Made by a program: the position numbers and the translations under genes
Source: an uncultured Gemmatimonadales bacterium
Lineage (GTDB): Bacteria > Gemmatimonadota > Gemmatimonadetes > Gemmatimonadales > GWC2-71-9
DNA length: 64,000 nucleotides
Direction of reading: 5' to 3'
Assembly (NCBI GenBank): GCA_963798915.1
Contig: CAWCVB010000005.1
Coordinates: forward strand, 324,012-388,011
The notes under the pieces: model-generated
Told to the model about the DNA's origin: nothing
The model's input: only the letters and a program-made list of their open reading frames with translations
Databases searched by the model: none
Part shown: in pieces, positions 8,636 through 19,733 of the stretch
How the letters are laid out: the number at the start of each line of letters is the position of its first letter
How positions within the stretch are numbered: position 1 is the stretch's first letter

Positions 8636-8772
8636 GTTATATTGTCGCGCCCCGAAGTGGCCGGGGACGCAGGCGCGGCAGCACGGCAAGTTATCCGAAT
8701 TCACCCGGCCGCGTCAAGCGGCCACGGCCCGCGACGCCTCGCGGCCTCCGGTTTCCGCATTAGTTTGGATCA

Positions 8773-9789
8773 ATGACCAAGAAGCAGGCATCCGACAGCG
8801 GCGATCAGGCGCCCAAGCGGCCCACCAAGCGGCCGCCCGACGACTCCATTCCCGCGATCACCGACGACATGTCGATGGCCGAAATCCTGGCGGCCAGCCC
8901 GCCCGCCAAGGGCAGGCGCAGTCGCAAGCGCGAGACCGCCAAGTCGCTCGGCGTTTACGACGCCGACGGCGACATCCTGGATCAATACCTCTACGAGGTC
9001 AGCCTCACGCCGCTCCTGACGTCGGCCCAGGAGATTGCCATCGCGCGCAAGGTGCGCGCCGGCGATGAAGCCGCCATGCAGGAGCTGGTCAAGCGCAACC
9101 TGCGTTTCGTGATTTCGGTGGCCAAGAAATACCAGAACCGGGGTCTGGCGCTCACGGACCTGATTGGCGAAGGCAATGTGGGTCTCCTGACCGCTGCGCG
9201 GAAATTCGACCCCGACATGGGCGTCAAGTTCATCTCGTATGCCGTGTGGTGGATTCGCCAGGCCATCCTCGCCGCGCTGGCGCGCCATGGCCGCACCGTG
9301 CGGGTGCCACTCAACCGCACCGCGGACCTGTCGCGCATTGGCCGGACCTCGGAGGCCCTCCGCCAGGAACTCCGCCGCGAGCCCACGCCTGAGGAAATCG
9401 CGGCATCGACGGGCCTCGCCCTCGACGTGGTGCAGGCGCTCGCGGCATTGAATACGGCCGAGGTTCGGCTGGATGCGCCGCTCGATCCCGAGGGCGACCG
9501 CTCGCTGATCGATCGCTTCGTTGCCGAAGGACAAGGGGATGTCGAGGAACGGGCCATGGACCAGTTCCTGTCGGAGGAGATCGAAACGGCGCTGCGGACG
9601 CTGCCGCCGCGTGATGCCAAGGTGCTGCGGCTGTACTTCGGGCTGGACGGCGACCGGGAGCACACGCTCGAGGAGATCGGCAGCATGCTCGGTGTCACGC
9701 GCGAGCGGGTGCGCCAGCTGCGCGACCGAGCCCTCAAGCGGCTGCGCGAGGGCGATGCCGGCCGGGCGCTGGCGAGTTTTGCGGCGTAG
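8773..9789 (+). CDS. RNA polymerase sigma factor, sigma-70 family (RpoD/SigA-like)
   Basis: 338 aa. Region 2 reads LVKRNLRFVISVAKKYQNRGLALTDLIGEGNVGLLTAARKFDPDMGVKFISYAVWWIRQAI. Region 4.2 reads TLEEIGSMLGVTRERVRQLRDRALKRLR. Confidence 0.92.
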   Translation: MTKKQASDSGDQAPKRPTKRPPDDSIPAITDDMSMAEILAASPPAKGRRSRKRETAKSLGVYDADGDILDQYLYEVSLTPLLTSAQEIAIARKVRAGDEAAMQELVKRNLRFVISVAKKYQNRGLALTDLIGEGNVGLLTAARKFDPDMGVKFISYAVWWIRQAILAALARHGRTVRVPLNRTADLSRIGRTSEALRQELRREPTPEEIAASTGLALDVVQALAALNTAEVRLDAPLDPEGDRSLIDRFVAEGQGDVEERAMDQFLSEEIETALRTLPPRDAKVLRLYFGLDGDREHTLEEIGSMLGVTRERVRQLRDRALKRLREGDAGRALASFAA

Positions 9790-9829
9790 GGCGCTCGACG
9801 CCACGATATTTCCCCCCTAACTTCCTCCC

Positions 9830-10588
9830 GTGCCTCAACCCCCATTGCCGGCCCCGTTCTGGACGCGGGCCATTGTGCAGGTCGGTCATTCGGCCAAGGG
9901 CGCTGCCCGCGCCCTGGCCGACGTTCCAACCTGGCGTCCGCATCTGATTCCGCAGATGCGGCGTCTTGGCGTGGACTCGGTACCCATCGGGTTGTTCATC
10001 GCCATCTTCACGGGCATCGTGCTCGCCCTGCTCGCATCCTACATCTTCACCGGTGCGATCCCGCTGTACTTCGTCGGCGCCCTGGTCGGCAAGACCATCA
10101 TGATGGAACTCGGGCCGGTCCTCACCGGGATGGCCCTGGCGGGCCGGGTGGGCGCGAGCATCGCCGCCGAAATCGGCACCATGCGGGTGACCGAGCAGGT
10201 CGATGCCCTCGAAACCCTGGGGTACAACCCGGACGCATTCCTCACGGCGCCGCGCGTGCTCGCCGCCATGATCATGTTCCCGGTGGTCACTGCCTTTGCG
10301 ATGGCGGTCGGCGTGCTCTCCGGATGGATCACGGCGATCAACCTGCTGGACCTGACCTCGCAGGAATTCGTGAAGGGGTTGCGGCAGTTCTACCAGTTCA
10401 AGGACATCTGGTTCGGGCTGCTCAAGTCGGCGACCTTCGGTGGGGCCGTTGCGCTCATGGGTTGTCTCCGCGGGCTGCGCTCCCGTGGAGGCGCCGAGGG
10501 CGTGGGGGAAAGCACCACGCGCGCTGTCGTTCTGGGATGCGAGGCCATCCTGGTGCTCGATGCCTTCTGGGCAGTGATATTGCTGTGA
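9830..10588 (+). CDS. mlaE: MlaE-family ABC transporter permease
   Basis: 252 aa with a GTG start. GPVLTGMALAGRVGASIAAEIGTMRVTEQVDALETLG is the MlaE/YrbE signature. Confidence 0.88.
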   Translation: MPQPPLPAPFWTRAIVQVGHSAKGAARALADVPTWRPHLIPQMRRLGVDSVPIGLFIAIFTGIVLALLASYIFTGAIPLYFVGALVGKTIMMELGPVLTGMALAGRVGASIAAEIGTMRVTEQVDALETLGYNPDAFLTAPRVLAAMIMFPVVTAFAMAVGVLSGWITAINLLDLTSQEFVKGLRQFYQFKDIWFGLLKSATFGGAVALMGCLRGLRSRGGAEGVGESTTRAVVLGCEAILVLDAFWAVILL

Positions 10589-10595
10589 GCGCGCC

Positions 10596-11345
10596 GTGAT
10601 CGAGATACGCGACCTGGCCAAGAGTTTCGGGGACAAGGACGTGCTGCGCGCGGTGTCGCTCGACGTGCCTGACGGGCAGAATACGGTGGTGATCGGCTAT
10701 TCGGGTACCGGGAAGAGTGTCCTGCTGAAGTGCATCATCGGGCTCCTCCGACCCGATGCCGGACAGGTCACAGTCGATGGAGAGACGGTCGACGACCTGG
10801 AGCCCGAGGCGCTGGCGAGCTTGCGTGGACGGGTGGGATACGTGTTCCAGTTCGCCGCGCTGTTTGATTCGATGACGGTGGAGGGCAATATCCGGCTTGG
10901 GCTGGCCCGGCGCGATCTTGACGAGGCCACGATCCGCCAGCGGATCGCCGAGGCCCTCGACGTGGTGCACCTGACCGGGTCCGAAGACAAGTTTCCCGGC
11001 GAACTGTCGGGAGGCATGCGAAAGCGCGTCGGGCTGGCGCGAGCCATCGCGCTGCGGCCGAAGTACCTGCTCTATGACGAGCCCACCACGGGCCTGGATC
11101 CGGTCACGTCGGCCTCGATGAGCCAGCTGATCTGCCGCACCCGTGATCTCGGGGTGACGGGCGTGGTGGTCACCCATGACATGCACAGTGCCTTTGTCGT
11201 GGCCGACCGCATCGCGATGCTGTACGACGGTGGGATCCGCCAGGTCGGCACGGTGGAGCAAATGCGCGCCTCGAAGGATCCGGTGGTATCCCAGTTCATC
11301 GAGGGCCGGCCTGATGCGCCGACGCCCGGGAGGACGGACCAGTGA
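10596..11345 (+). CDS. mlaF: MlaF-type ABC transporter ATP-binding protein
   Basis: 249 aa with Walker A GYSGTGKS, the ABC signature LSGGMRKRVGLARA and Walker B LLYDEPTTGLD. Confidence 0.9.
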   Translation: MIEIRDLAKSFGDKDVLRAVSLDVPDGQNTVVIGYSGTGKSVLLKCIIGLLRPDAGQVTVDGETVDDLEPEALASLRGRVGYVFQFAALFDSMTVEGNIRLGLARRDLDEATIRQRIAEALDVVHLTGSEDKFPGELSGGMRKRVGLARAIALRPKYLLYDEPTTGLDPVTSASMSQLICRTRDLGVTGVVVTHDMHSAFVVADRIAMLYDGGIRQVGTVEQMRASKDPVVSQFIEGRPDAPTPGRTDQ

Positions 11346-12349
11346 AGAGGACCAACGAGTTTGCCGTCGGGGCCGCCGTCCTCGTTGCGCTCGCCGTGAT
11401 CATCGCCGGCGCGCTCTGGCTGGGTCAGCTGCAGCTGGGTGGGCAGCCAGATCACTACTCGGCCCGATTCCGTACGGTCGACGGGCTCCAGGTCGGAAAT
11501 CCGGTCACGCTACGCGGCGTGCGCGTCGGGAAGGTGTCCGCCATCCGGCTCGCCGGTGACGACTGGGTGGAAACCGAGCTGGAGCTGGAGTCCAAGGTGC
11601 AGCTGCCGCGGAAGCCGGCCGTGATCGCGTCCTCGGCCAGTCTGTTCGGTGGGTGGAGTGCCAATATCATCTCCTTTGAGCCGCTGCCGGACGATCCCAA
11701 CGTGCGGGCGGCGCTGATCGAGAGCGATCGAGCCGGAGGTGACGCGTGGCCCGGTGCGACGCTGCCGGATATCGGACAGCTGACCGCCCAGGCAAGCCGG
11801 ATCGCCGGGGATGTGGCCGAAGTGACCAGCCGCATCCAGGGGGCCTTCGATAGCACCGCGCTGAAGGAATTTCGCCAGAGTGTCCTGGATCTGGCCGCGA
11901 TCTCCAGCCGCCTCGTGAGCTTCACCAAGGCCCAGAGCGCCCGCCTGGATCGGGTGGGGGCGAATGCCGAGGTCACGGCCAACAGTTTCGCCAACGTGTC
12001 TCGCAATCTGGATCGTACCGTGGAGCGCATCGACAGCGCCACCGCGCATGGCCAGCTCCAGTCCATCCTCGACAATGGGGCGGCTGCCAGCACGGACTTG
12101 CGGACGGCATCCGCCGACTTTCGCCAGGTCATGACCGCGCTGCAGCAGAACCAGGCGAGCCTGATCAACGTCATCCAGGCCATGGACACGCTGCTCGCCC
12201 GGATTCAGTCCGGCAATGGTACCCTCGGCATGCTGGCCACCGATTCGACGCTCTACAGTGAGACCGCTGCCACCATGAAGCAGTTCCGTGAACTCATGAC
12301 CGACTTCCAGGCGCACCCGCGGAAGTACATCAAGATTTCGGTGTTCTGA
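11342..12349 (+). CDS. mlaD: MlaD / MCE-domain protein
   Basis: 335 aa with an N-terminal TM helix. The MCE core reads YSARFRTVDGLQVGNPVTLRGVRVGKVSAIRL. It overlaps mlaF by 4 nt. Confidence 0.85.
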   Translation: MKRTNEFAVGAAVLVALAVIIAGALWLGQLQLGGQPDHYSARFRTVDGLQVGNPVTLRGVRVGKVSAIRLAGDDWVETELELESKVQLPRKPAVIASSASLFGGWSANIISFEPLPDDPNVRAALIESDRAGGDAWPGATLPDIGQLTAQASRIAGDVAEVTSRIQGAFDSTALKEFRQSVLDLAAISSRLVSFTKAQSARLDRVGANAEVTANSFANVSRNLDRTVERIDSATAHGQLQSILDNGAAASTDLRTASADFRQVMTALQQNQASLINVIQAMDTLLARIQSGNGTLGMLATDSTLYSETAATMKQFRELMTDFQAHPRKYIKISVF

Positions 12350-12838
12350 ATGCCCAAGAAACGAGCGGAACTCGAGGTGAGTGCCGGTGGCATCGTTTTC
12401 CGCCGCGATCCCGATGGGCAGGCAAGATTTCTGCTGATTCGCGACTCCTATGGCAACTGGGGATTTCCCAAGGGGCACCTGGAAGAAGGCGAATCGCCGG
12501 CTGATGCGGCCGTGCGGGAGACGGCGGAAGAAACCGGCTTGGACCAGCTGGTGCTGCGGGGGCCCATCCGGGTCATCGACTGGCATTTCCGCTTTCGCGG
12601 ACGTCCCATTCACAAGTACTGCCACTTCTTCCTGCTGGAATCTCCGGCCGGCGAGTGCATTCCCCAGCGTGACGAGGGCATCACGGATTTCCGCTGGCTT
12701 CCCCTCGCCGGAGCGCTGGACAAGCTCTCCTACGACAACGCCCGCGGCGTCCTGAAGCGCGCGGGTGACATGGAGCGAACGCTCGTGGCCGTCGGCGCGG
12801 GCCGTCCGACCTCCCATCCCGCGCCGACCAGCAGCTGA
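12350..12838 (+). CDS. NUDIX hydrolase
   Basis: 162 aa. The Nudix box is GFPKGHLEEGESPADAAVRETAEETGL. Confidence 0.88.
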   Translation: MPKKRAELEVSAGGIVFRRDPDGQARFLLIRDSYGNWGFPKGHLEEGESPADAAVRETAEETGLDQLVLRGPIRVIDWHFRFRGRPIHKYCHFFLLESPAGECIPQRDEGITDFRWLPLAGALDKLSYDNARGVLKRAGDMERTLVAVGAGRPTSHPAPTSS

Positions 12839-12840
12839 CC

Positions 12841-13617
12841 ATGTCACTCGTCGCCGCACTGGTCGACGATCGTGCGGCGCTGCTCGCACTCCGACGCGCG
12901 CTGCCAAGGGGCGGGCCGCGGCTGGTCGCCTGCCGTTCGTCCGCCTCACTGCACCGGCACCTCGAGCAGCACCTCACCGACGCCATCATCTTGAGTCCTG
13001 CCCGGTTGGGTGATCATGATGGTCACGCGCTTCATGCCTCCTTTCCCGGCATTCCCACGGTGGTCTACTCCGCCTTTCGCCCCGACGATGCGCCGCTCAT
13101 GCTGGAGACTTTTGCCCGGGGTGTCGCCGCGGTGATGGTGGCCGACGTGGACGACGCGGTGGTGGGGGAGCTCCTCGGCCGGATCACGCTGACGGCCCGT
13201 CGGCGCGCCGACATGGCCGATGCAGTGCGGGTACTGCAGCTGGACGAGGCTATCCAGCGGCGGGCCTGGGAGCGTCTCGTCAGTGATGTCGCGACTCCGC
13301 TGCGCACGGCGGAGCTGGCCCGGCACCTCGGCGTGAGCCGGGAACACCTCTCCCGGCAGTTCGGGGCGGGTGGGGCTCCCAACCTGAAGCGGGTGATCGA
13401 CCTGACCCGGGTCGCGGCGGCAAGCCAGCTCCTGCAAAATCCCGGCTATGCGCCGGCCGCGGCCGCGCGACTGCTCGGCTTCTCCTCACCAGCCCACCTG
13501 AACGCCACGGCCACCCGTATCGCGGGCGTGGGTGCCAAGGGGCTGGCGCGCCTCGGGCCGAGGGGTGTGCTGGCCCATTTTGTCCGGGGCAACACCCGAT
13601 CCCGAACCGGCGACTAG
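12841..13617 (+). CDS. AraC-family HTH transcriptional regulator with a receiver-like N-terminal domain
   Basis: 258 aa. The C-terminal part is an AraC-type double HTH (TAELARHLGVSREHLSRQF..AASQLLQNPGYAPAAAARLLGFSSPAHL). Confidence 0.75.
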   Translation: MSLVAALVDDRAALLALRRALPRGGPRLVACRSSASLHRHLEQHLTDAIILSPARLGDHDGHALHASFPGIPTVVYSAFRPDDAPLMLETFARGVAAVMVADVDDAVVGELLGRITLTARRRADMADAVRVLQLDEAIQRRAWERLVSDVATPLRTAELARHLGVSREHLSRQFGAGGAPNLKRVIDLTRVAAASQLLQNPGYAPAAAARLLGFSSPAHLNATATRIAGVGAKGLARLGPRGVLAHFVRGNTRSRTGD

Positions 13618-13659
13618 CAGGGTCCCAGGTGTGCCCTCCCACTTCCCCGATTCGGCCAT

Positions 13660-13675
13660 TGTGATTAATTTCACA
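13660..13675. promoter_or_regulatory. Perfect CRP/FNR-type palindrome TGTGA-N6-TCACA upstream of atpA
   Basis: TGTGATTAATTTCACA sits inside the most AT-rich stretch of the atpA 5' region. Its centre is about 50 bp upstream of the atpA ATG (13717). Confidence 0.5.
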
Positions 13676-13716
13676 AGCTAGTTCCGGACCGTCACCGACG
13701 AACCCACAGGACGCCA

Positions 13717-15294
13717 ATGGCCACCGAAACGATCCTTCGCCCGGGCGAGCTCAAGGACATTCTCATCCGTGAAATCGAGAGCGCGGACCTCGCGACCGTC
13801 GATGTCGCGGAAGTCGGCACTGTGCTCGAGGTGCGCGACGGCATCGCGCGGGTTTACGGCCTCAGGTCGGCCACCTCTGGCGAGATGCTCGAGTTCACCG
13901 CCCAGGAAACGGGCGAGGTCGTCACCGGACTGGTCCTGAACTTGGAAGAGGACAACGTCGGGTGCGCCATCCTGGGCGATTACCTGAAGCTCAAGGAAGG
14001 CGACGAAGTGCGCCGCACCGGGCGGCTGCTGGAAGTGCCGGCGGGTCGTGCCATGCTGGGCCGGGTGGTCGATGCGCTGGGTCGGCCGGTGGATGGCCGC
14101 GGCGAGATCGTCACCGACAAGCGGCGGCCGGTGGAGATGATTGCGCCGGGCATCATCGTGCGCCAGCCGGTCAAGGAGCCGCTGCAGACCGGCATCAAGG
14201 CGATCGACGCCATGATCCCGATCGGCCGCGGCCAGCGCGAACTGATCATCGGCGACCGGGGCACCGGCAAGACGGCCATCGCGGTGGACACGATCCTGAA
14301 CCAGAAGGGCACTGGCGTCATCTGTGTCTATGTCGCGATCGGGCAGAAACGCTCCACCGTGGCCACGGTGGTGGAGCGGCTCAGGGAAGCGGGTGCGATG
14401 GACTATACCATCGTGGTCGTCGCCTCCGCCTCGGAGCCCGCACCACTGCAGTACATCGCGCCCTATTCCGGCTGCGCTATCGCCGAATATTTCATGTACG
14501 AGGAAGGCGCCGCCACGCTGTGCGTCTATGACGACCTGTCCAAGCAGGCCGCTGCCTATCGCCAGCTCTCGCTCATTCTCCGGCGGCCGCCGGGCCGCGA
14601 GGCATACCCGGGTGACGTTTTCTATCTCCACAGCCGCCTGCTGGAGCGGGCCGCCAAGATTTCCGAAGATGCCCGCACCATCGAGCAGGATCCCCGCATC
14701 AAGAAGCCGGGCGGCTCGCTGACCGCGTTGCCGATCATCGAGACCCAGGCCGGCGATGTCTCGGCCTACATCCCGACCAACGTCATTTCGATTACCGATG
14801 GCCAGATCTTCCTCACCACCGACCTGTTCTACTCGAACGTGCGGCCGGCAGTGGACGCGGGCATTTCAGTCAGCCGGGTCGGTGGCAATGCGCAGATCAA
14901 GGCCATGAAGAAGGTGGCGGGACCGCTCCGGCTGTCACTCGCCCAGTTTCGCGAGCTCGAAGCCTTTGCCCAGTTCGGTTCCGACCTCGACCCGGCCACC
15001 CAGCGACAGCTGGCCCGGGGCGCCCGCCTTGTCGAGGTCCTCAAGCAGCCGCAATACCAGCCGGTGCCGGTGGAGCAGCAGGTCGCGATCATCTTCGCGG
15101 TGACCAATGGTTTCCTGGACGACGTCGAGGTCAGGCACATTCGCCAGTGGGAACGGGACTTCCTCAAGTACCTGGAAGCCCAGCGCCCCGAGGTGCTCGA
15201 AGGGATTCGCACTCGGAAGGAGCTGACCGATGAGCTGACTGCCGGGTTGCGGTCGGCCATCGAGGCGTTCCAACACGTCTTCGCCGCCGTGTAA
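13717..15294 (+). CDS. atpA: F1 ATP synthase alpha subunit
   Basis: 525 aa with Walker A GDRGTGKT and [23 protein letters not shown]. Confidence 0.97.
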   Translation: MATETILRPGELKDILIREIESADLATVDVAEVGTVLEVRDGIARVYGLRSATSGEMLEFTAQETGEVVTGLVLNLEEDNVGCAILGDYLKLKEGDEVRRTGRLLEVPAGRAMLGRVVDALGRPVDGRGEIVTDKRRPVEMIAPGIIVRQPVKEPLQTGIKAIDAMIPIGRGQRELIIGDRGTGKTAIAVDTILNQKGTGVICVYVAIGQKRSTVATVVERLREAGAMDYTIVVVASASEPAPLQYIAPYSGCAIAEYFMYEEGAATLCVYDDLSKQAAAYRQLSLILRRPPGREAYPGDVFYLHSRLLERAAKISEDARTIEQDPRIKKPGGSLTALPIIETQAGDVSAYIPTNVISITDGQIFLTTDLFYSNVRPAVDAGISVSRVGGNAQIKAMKKVAGPLRLSLAQFRELEAFAQFGSDLDPATQRQLARGARLVEVLKQPQYQPVPVEQQVAIIFAVTNGFLDDVEVRHIRQWERDFLKYLEAQRPEVLEGIRTRKELTDELTAGLRSAIEAFQHVFAAV

Positions 15295-16172
15295 TGGCCA
15301 AGACCAAGGCACTCCGGGGCCGCATTCGCTCGGTCCAGAACACGCGCAAGATCACGCGGACGATGGAGCTGGTGTCCACGTCCAAGCTGAAGCGCGCCCA
15401 GGACCGGGTCATCGCCGCCCGCCCGTATGCCGAAGCCCTGCGAGAGGTGATTGCAGCGCTCGTCACGCCCGAGCTGGCCAGCGAATTTCCGCTGCTGCGC
15501 GAGCCCGCCCCGCCTGGCGCTGGCGGTCCGGATCGCGCAGCACTCATCCTGGTCACGTCGAACCGCGGGCTCGCCGGCGGCTTCAACTCGAACCTGATCA
15601 AGGAAGCCCGGCGACGGATGGCCGAGCTGGAGCATCAGGGACTGACGGTTGACCTTTATGGCATCGGCCGGAAGGGCATCGGCTACTTCCGCTACCTCGG
15701 CCGCAGCCTGGCCCTCGAGCGCATCGATATTGGCGACCGGCCGACGTCGGCGCAGGCCACCGAAATCATGGAGCCACTGACCGAGCGATATGCGCGCGGC
15801 GAGGTGGCCAGCGTCGATCTGGTCTATGCCCGGTTCGAGAGCGCCATTGCCACCCCGCCGACGGTCATGCGGATCCTGCCGGTGCAAACGCCGGAGCGGC
15901 GGGGACCGCGCCCCGACTATCTGCTCGAACCGGACGCCGCCACACTGCTGGAGCGGCTGCTGCCACTCTATGTGCGGAACGCACTCTATCGTGGCCTGGT
16001 GGAGACGGCTGCTGGCGAGCATGGCGCCCGGCGCACGGCCATGAAGAATGCGACCGACAACGCCGGTGAGATTCTCGACGGCCTCAAGCGGACCTACAAC
16101 CGGCTGCGCCAGGCGGCGATCACGCAGGAAATCGCCGAGATCGTCGGCGGCGCGGCGGCATTGCAAGGGTAG
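15294..16172 (+). CDS. atpG: F1 ATP synthase gamma subunit
   Basis: 292 aa. The N-terminus reads LRGRIRSVQNTRKITRTMELVSTSKL. The C-terminus reads NRLRQAAITQEIAEIVGGAAAL. Confidence 0.95.
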   Translation: MAKTKALRGRIRSVQNTRKITRTMELVSTSKLKRAQDRVIAARPYAEALREVIAALVTPELASEFPLLREPAPPGAGGPDRAALILVTSNRGLAGGFNSNLIKEARRRMAELEHQGLTVDLYGIGRKGIGYFRYLGRSLALERIDIGDRPTSAQATEIMEPLTERYARGEVASVDLVYARFESAIATPPTVMRILPVQTPERRGPRPDYLLEPDAATLLERLLPLYVRNALYRGLVETAAGEHGARRTAMKNATDNAGEILDGLKRTYNRLRQAAITQEIAEIVGGAAALQG

Positions 16173-16178
16173 ACGAGA

Positions 16179-16227
16179 GTCAACGGTCTACGGTCAACAG
16201 TCGACCGTCGACCGTCGACCGATGACC
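16179..16227. repeat. Seven degenerate heptamer units (GTCRACS) in the atpG-atpD spacer
   Basis: The units are GTCAACG GTCTACG GTCAACA GTCGACC GTCGACC GTCGACC GATGACC. The array begins 7 nt after the atpG TAG and ends 17 nt before the atpD ATG. Confidence 0.85.
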
Positions 16228-16232
16228 TTTAG

Positions 16233-17915
<1,683 letters not shown>

Positions 17916-17923
<8 letters not shown>

Positions 17924-18542
17924 GCTGATTGTCGGCATGACCGCTGCGGCCGCTGCGCTGATCCTGGCGGGCCACGCCGCGGCGCAGGAGACCGGTACTC
18001 CGGTGTTCAAGTCGCCGTATCGGACCTATACCTCAAGTGAAGTGGGCGCCACGATCTCCGATCCGGGTGGCAGTGGCTGGGGCCTGGAAGGCTTCTACGG
18101 CTACGGGCATGAAAACTGGGATATCGGACTGCGGGGTGGTTTTCTCGACACGCCCGGGAGCACCAAGGTCCTGGCGGGCGTCAGTGCGCGCACCCGCGTG
18201 TTGCAGTCGTCCGAGAGCATCCCACTCGATGGGGCGCTGACGCTCGGGGCCGGCCTGAGGTTCAATGACGGTACCTATGCCTTCATCCCGATCGGCATCT
18301 CACTGGGCCGGCGCGTCCTGCTTGAGAATTCGGATGTGACGTTCGTGCCCTACGTGCATCCCATCATGGTGCCGGTTTTCGGGAGCAATGTTGGCGGACT
18401 GGGCGACGACTCGGACATCAAGTTCGCGCTGGGGCTTGGCGTGGACATCAAGTTCACCCGGTCGATTGACGTTCGCGTAGCCGGTGCGCTGGGCGACTCG
18501 CCATGGGACGGGGTATCGATCGGGCTCGCATTTGTGCACTGA
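17916..18542 (+). CDS. Outer-membrane beta-barrel protein
   Basis: The RBS AAGGAGAG at 17901-17908 precedes the ATG at 17916. The signal peptide is MRKLIVGMTAAAAALILAGHAAAQE. The rest alternates G/aromatic-rich strands. Confidence 0.7.
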
Positions 18543-18563
18543 TCTGTCCCAGTGACGCTTAGC

Positions 18564-18596
18564 CTGCGCGCCCGGCGATTGTCGCCGGGCGCGCAG
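18564..18596 (+). terminator. Strong hairpin downstream of the first OM barrel gene
   Basis: A perfect 15-bp stem (CTGCGCGCCCGGCGA / TCGCCGGGCGCGCAG) with loop TTG. The 3' U-tract is weak (CTTC). Confidence 0.5.
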
Positions 18597-18678
18597 CTTC
18601 ATCGGCGCTCTTGCATCGCCTCCCGCTGCCGCTAGCTTCCGCGGGTTCATCATCTGGGCATACTTGACGAGGAGCATC

Positions 18679-19356
18679 ATGCGAAACTCCGTAGGCCGCG
18701 CCATCCTGCTCTCGACGCTCGTCACGGCCGCTGTTGGCCAGGTGCACGCGCAGGCCGCCGGCCTCCCCGTAATGAACAGTGGGATTGTCAGCGGCATCGG
18801 GCTCGCCCTGGATGCTGGCATTCCCAATGACGCTGCCGGAGGCGGCTGGGCGGCGGGCGCCACGCTGAAGGCGGGATTCGGCGTACTCGGCGTGACGGGC
18901 ACCATCTCGCGCCTGGATCCTGATGCGGCTGACGCCGTGTGGTCGGGCGGGGCCACCGCCAACATGAAGGTCTTCGGCGGGCCGCTGGTGCCGATTGCCG
19001 TGACCCTGCAGGCAGGGGCCGGTTACGTGGCGCCGGAATTTCGCTGCCTCACCCCTGGCGCCTGCGATCTCAAGGAGTGGCACGTTCCCGTCGGGCTGGG
19101 GGTCTCATTCACGATTCCCAATCCTGCCCTCGCCATCAAGCCCTGGATTGCTCCCCGTGTGGACATCGTGCGCACTTCGCAGACGGGAGTCGACTCCGAT
19201 ACTGACGTGGGGGTGGGGGTGAGCGGCGGCGTCGAATTGAACCTGCTGAACGGCATGGGCCTGCATGCGGCTTATGACTGGTCCAAGCACAACGACGTCA
19301 AGCCCGGCATCTTTTCGGCCGGGATCCATTATGCGTTTCGGGTGCCCGGCCTTTGA
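18679..19356 (+). CDS. Outer-membrane beta-barrel protein (paralog-like to 17916-18542)
   Basis: The ATG at 18679 follows GAGGAG. The signal peptide is MRNSVGRAILLSTLVTAAVGQVHAQA. The protein is barrel-like and Gly-rich. Confidence 0.7.
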   Translation: MRNSVGRAILLSTLVTAAVGQVHAQAAGLPVMNSGIVSGIGLALDAGIPNDAAGGGWAAGATLKAGFGVLGVTGTISRLDPDAADAVWSGGATANMKVFGGPLVPIAVTLQAGAGYVAPEFRCLTPGACDLKEWHVPVGLGVSFTIPNPALAIKPWIAPRVDIVRTSQTGVDSDTDVGVGVSGGVELNLLNGMGLHAAYDWSKHNDVKPGIFSAGIHYAFRVPGL

Positions 19357-19730
19357 CCATTCGTTACGCCGTTATGAGGGCCGCAGTGCTCGCGTGTGTC
19401 GTGCTGGTGGCTGGCTGTGCACAGACCTTTGACGCGACGACACTCGGAGTGCCCGCGAGCATGGCCTCCGCGGCGTCTCCGACGGTGCCGGACAGCGCGG
19501 CCGCTTTCTCGGTATCATCGCATGCGATGTTTGGATTCTGGGGCATGGTGTCGCTGAAGAACCCGTCGGTCGAGAAGGCGTTGGCCGGCCAGCTGGTCGG
19601 TGGAAAGCGCATCGAGAACGTGCGGATCAAGGTTCGCAGCAGCGTGAGCGACGTGATCTTCACGGTGCTCACGGCCGGCATCATTGTCCCGCGGTCGGTG
19701 ACGGTCGAGGGGACCGTGACCGGGCCCTGA
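19353..19730 (+). CDS. Bor/Iss-like lipoprotein
   Basis: 125 aa with lipobox LVAGC. HAMFGFWGM..ENVRIKVRSSVSDVIFTVLTAGIIVPRSVTVEG resembles the Bor family core. Confidence 0.55.
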   Translation: MTIRYAVMRAAVLACVVLVAGCAQTFDATTLGVPASMASAASPTVPDSAAAFSVSSHAMFGFWGMVSLKNPSVEKALAGQLVGGKRIENVRIKVRSSVSDVIFTVLTAGIIVPRSVTVEGTVTGP

Positions 19731-19733
19731 GGG

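Noticed and set aside
8636-8772. Promoter for the tRNA operon and the divergent sigma-factor gene
   Set aside because: An AT-rich TATAAC/CAATAT patch abuts tRNA-Ala. I could not find a properly spaced -35/-10 pair that would start transcription upstream of the mature 5' end, so it is left unannotated.
8081-8776. ORFs 8081-8296(-), 8432-8776(+) and 8474-8704(-) inside the tRNA cluster
   Set aside because: They overlap well-folded tRNA genes and their structured spacers. In GC-rich DNA, open frames of this length arise by chance.
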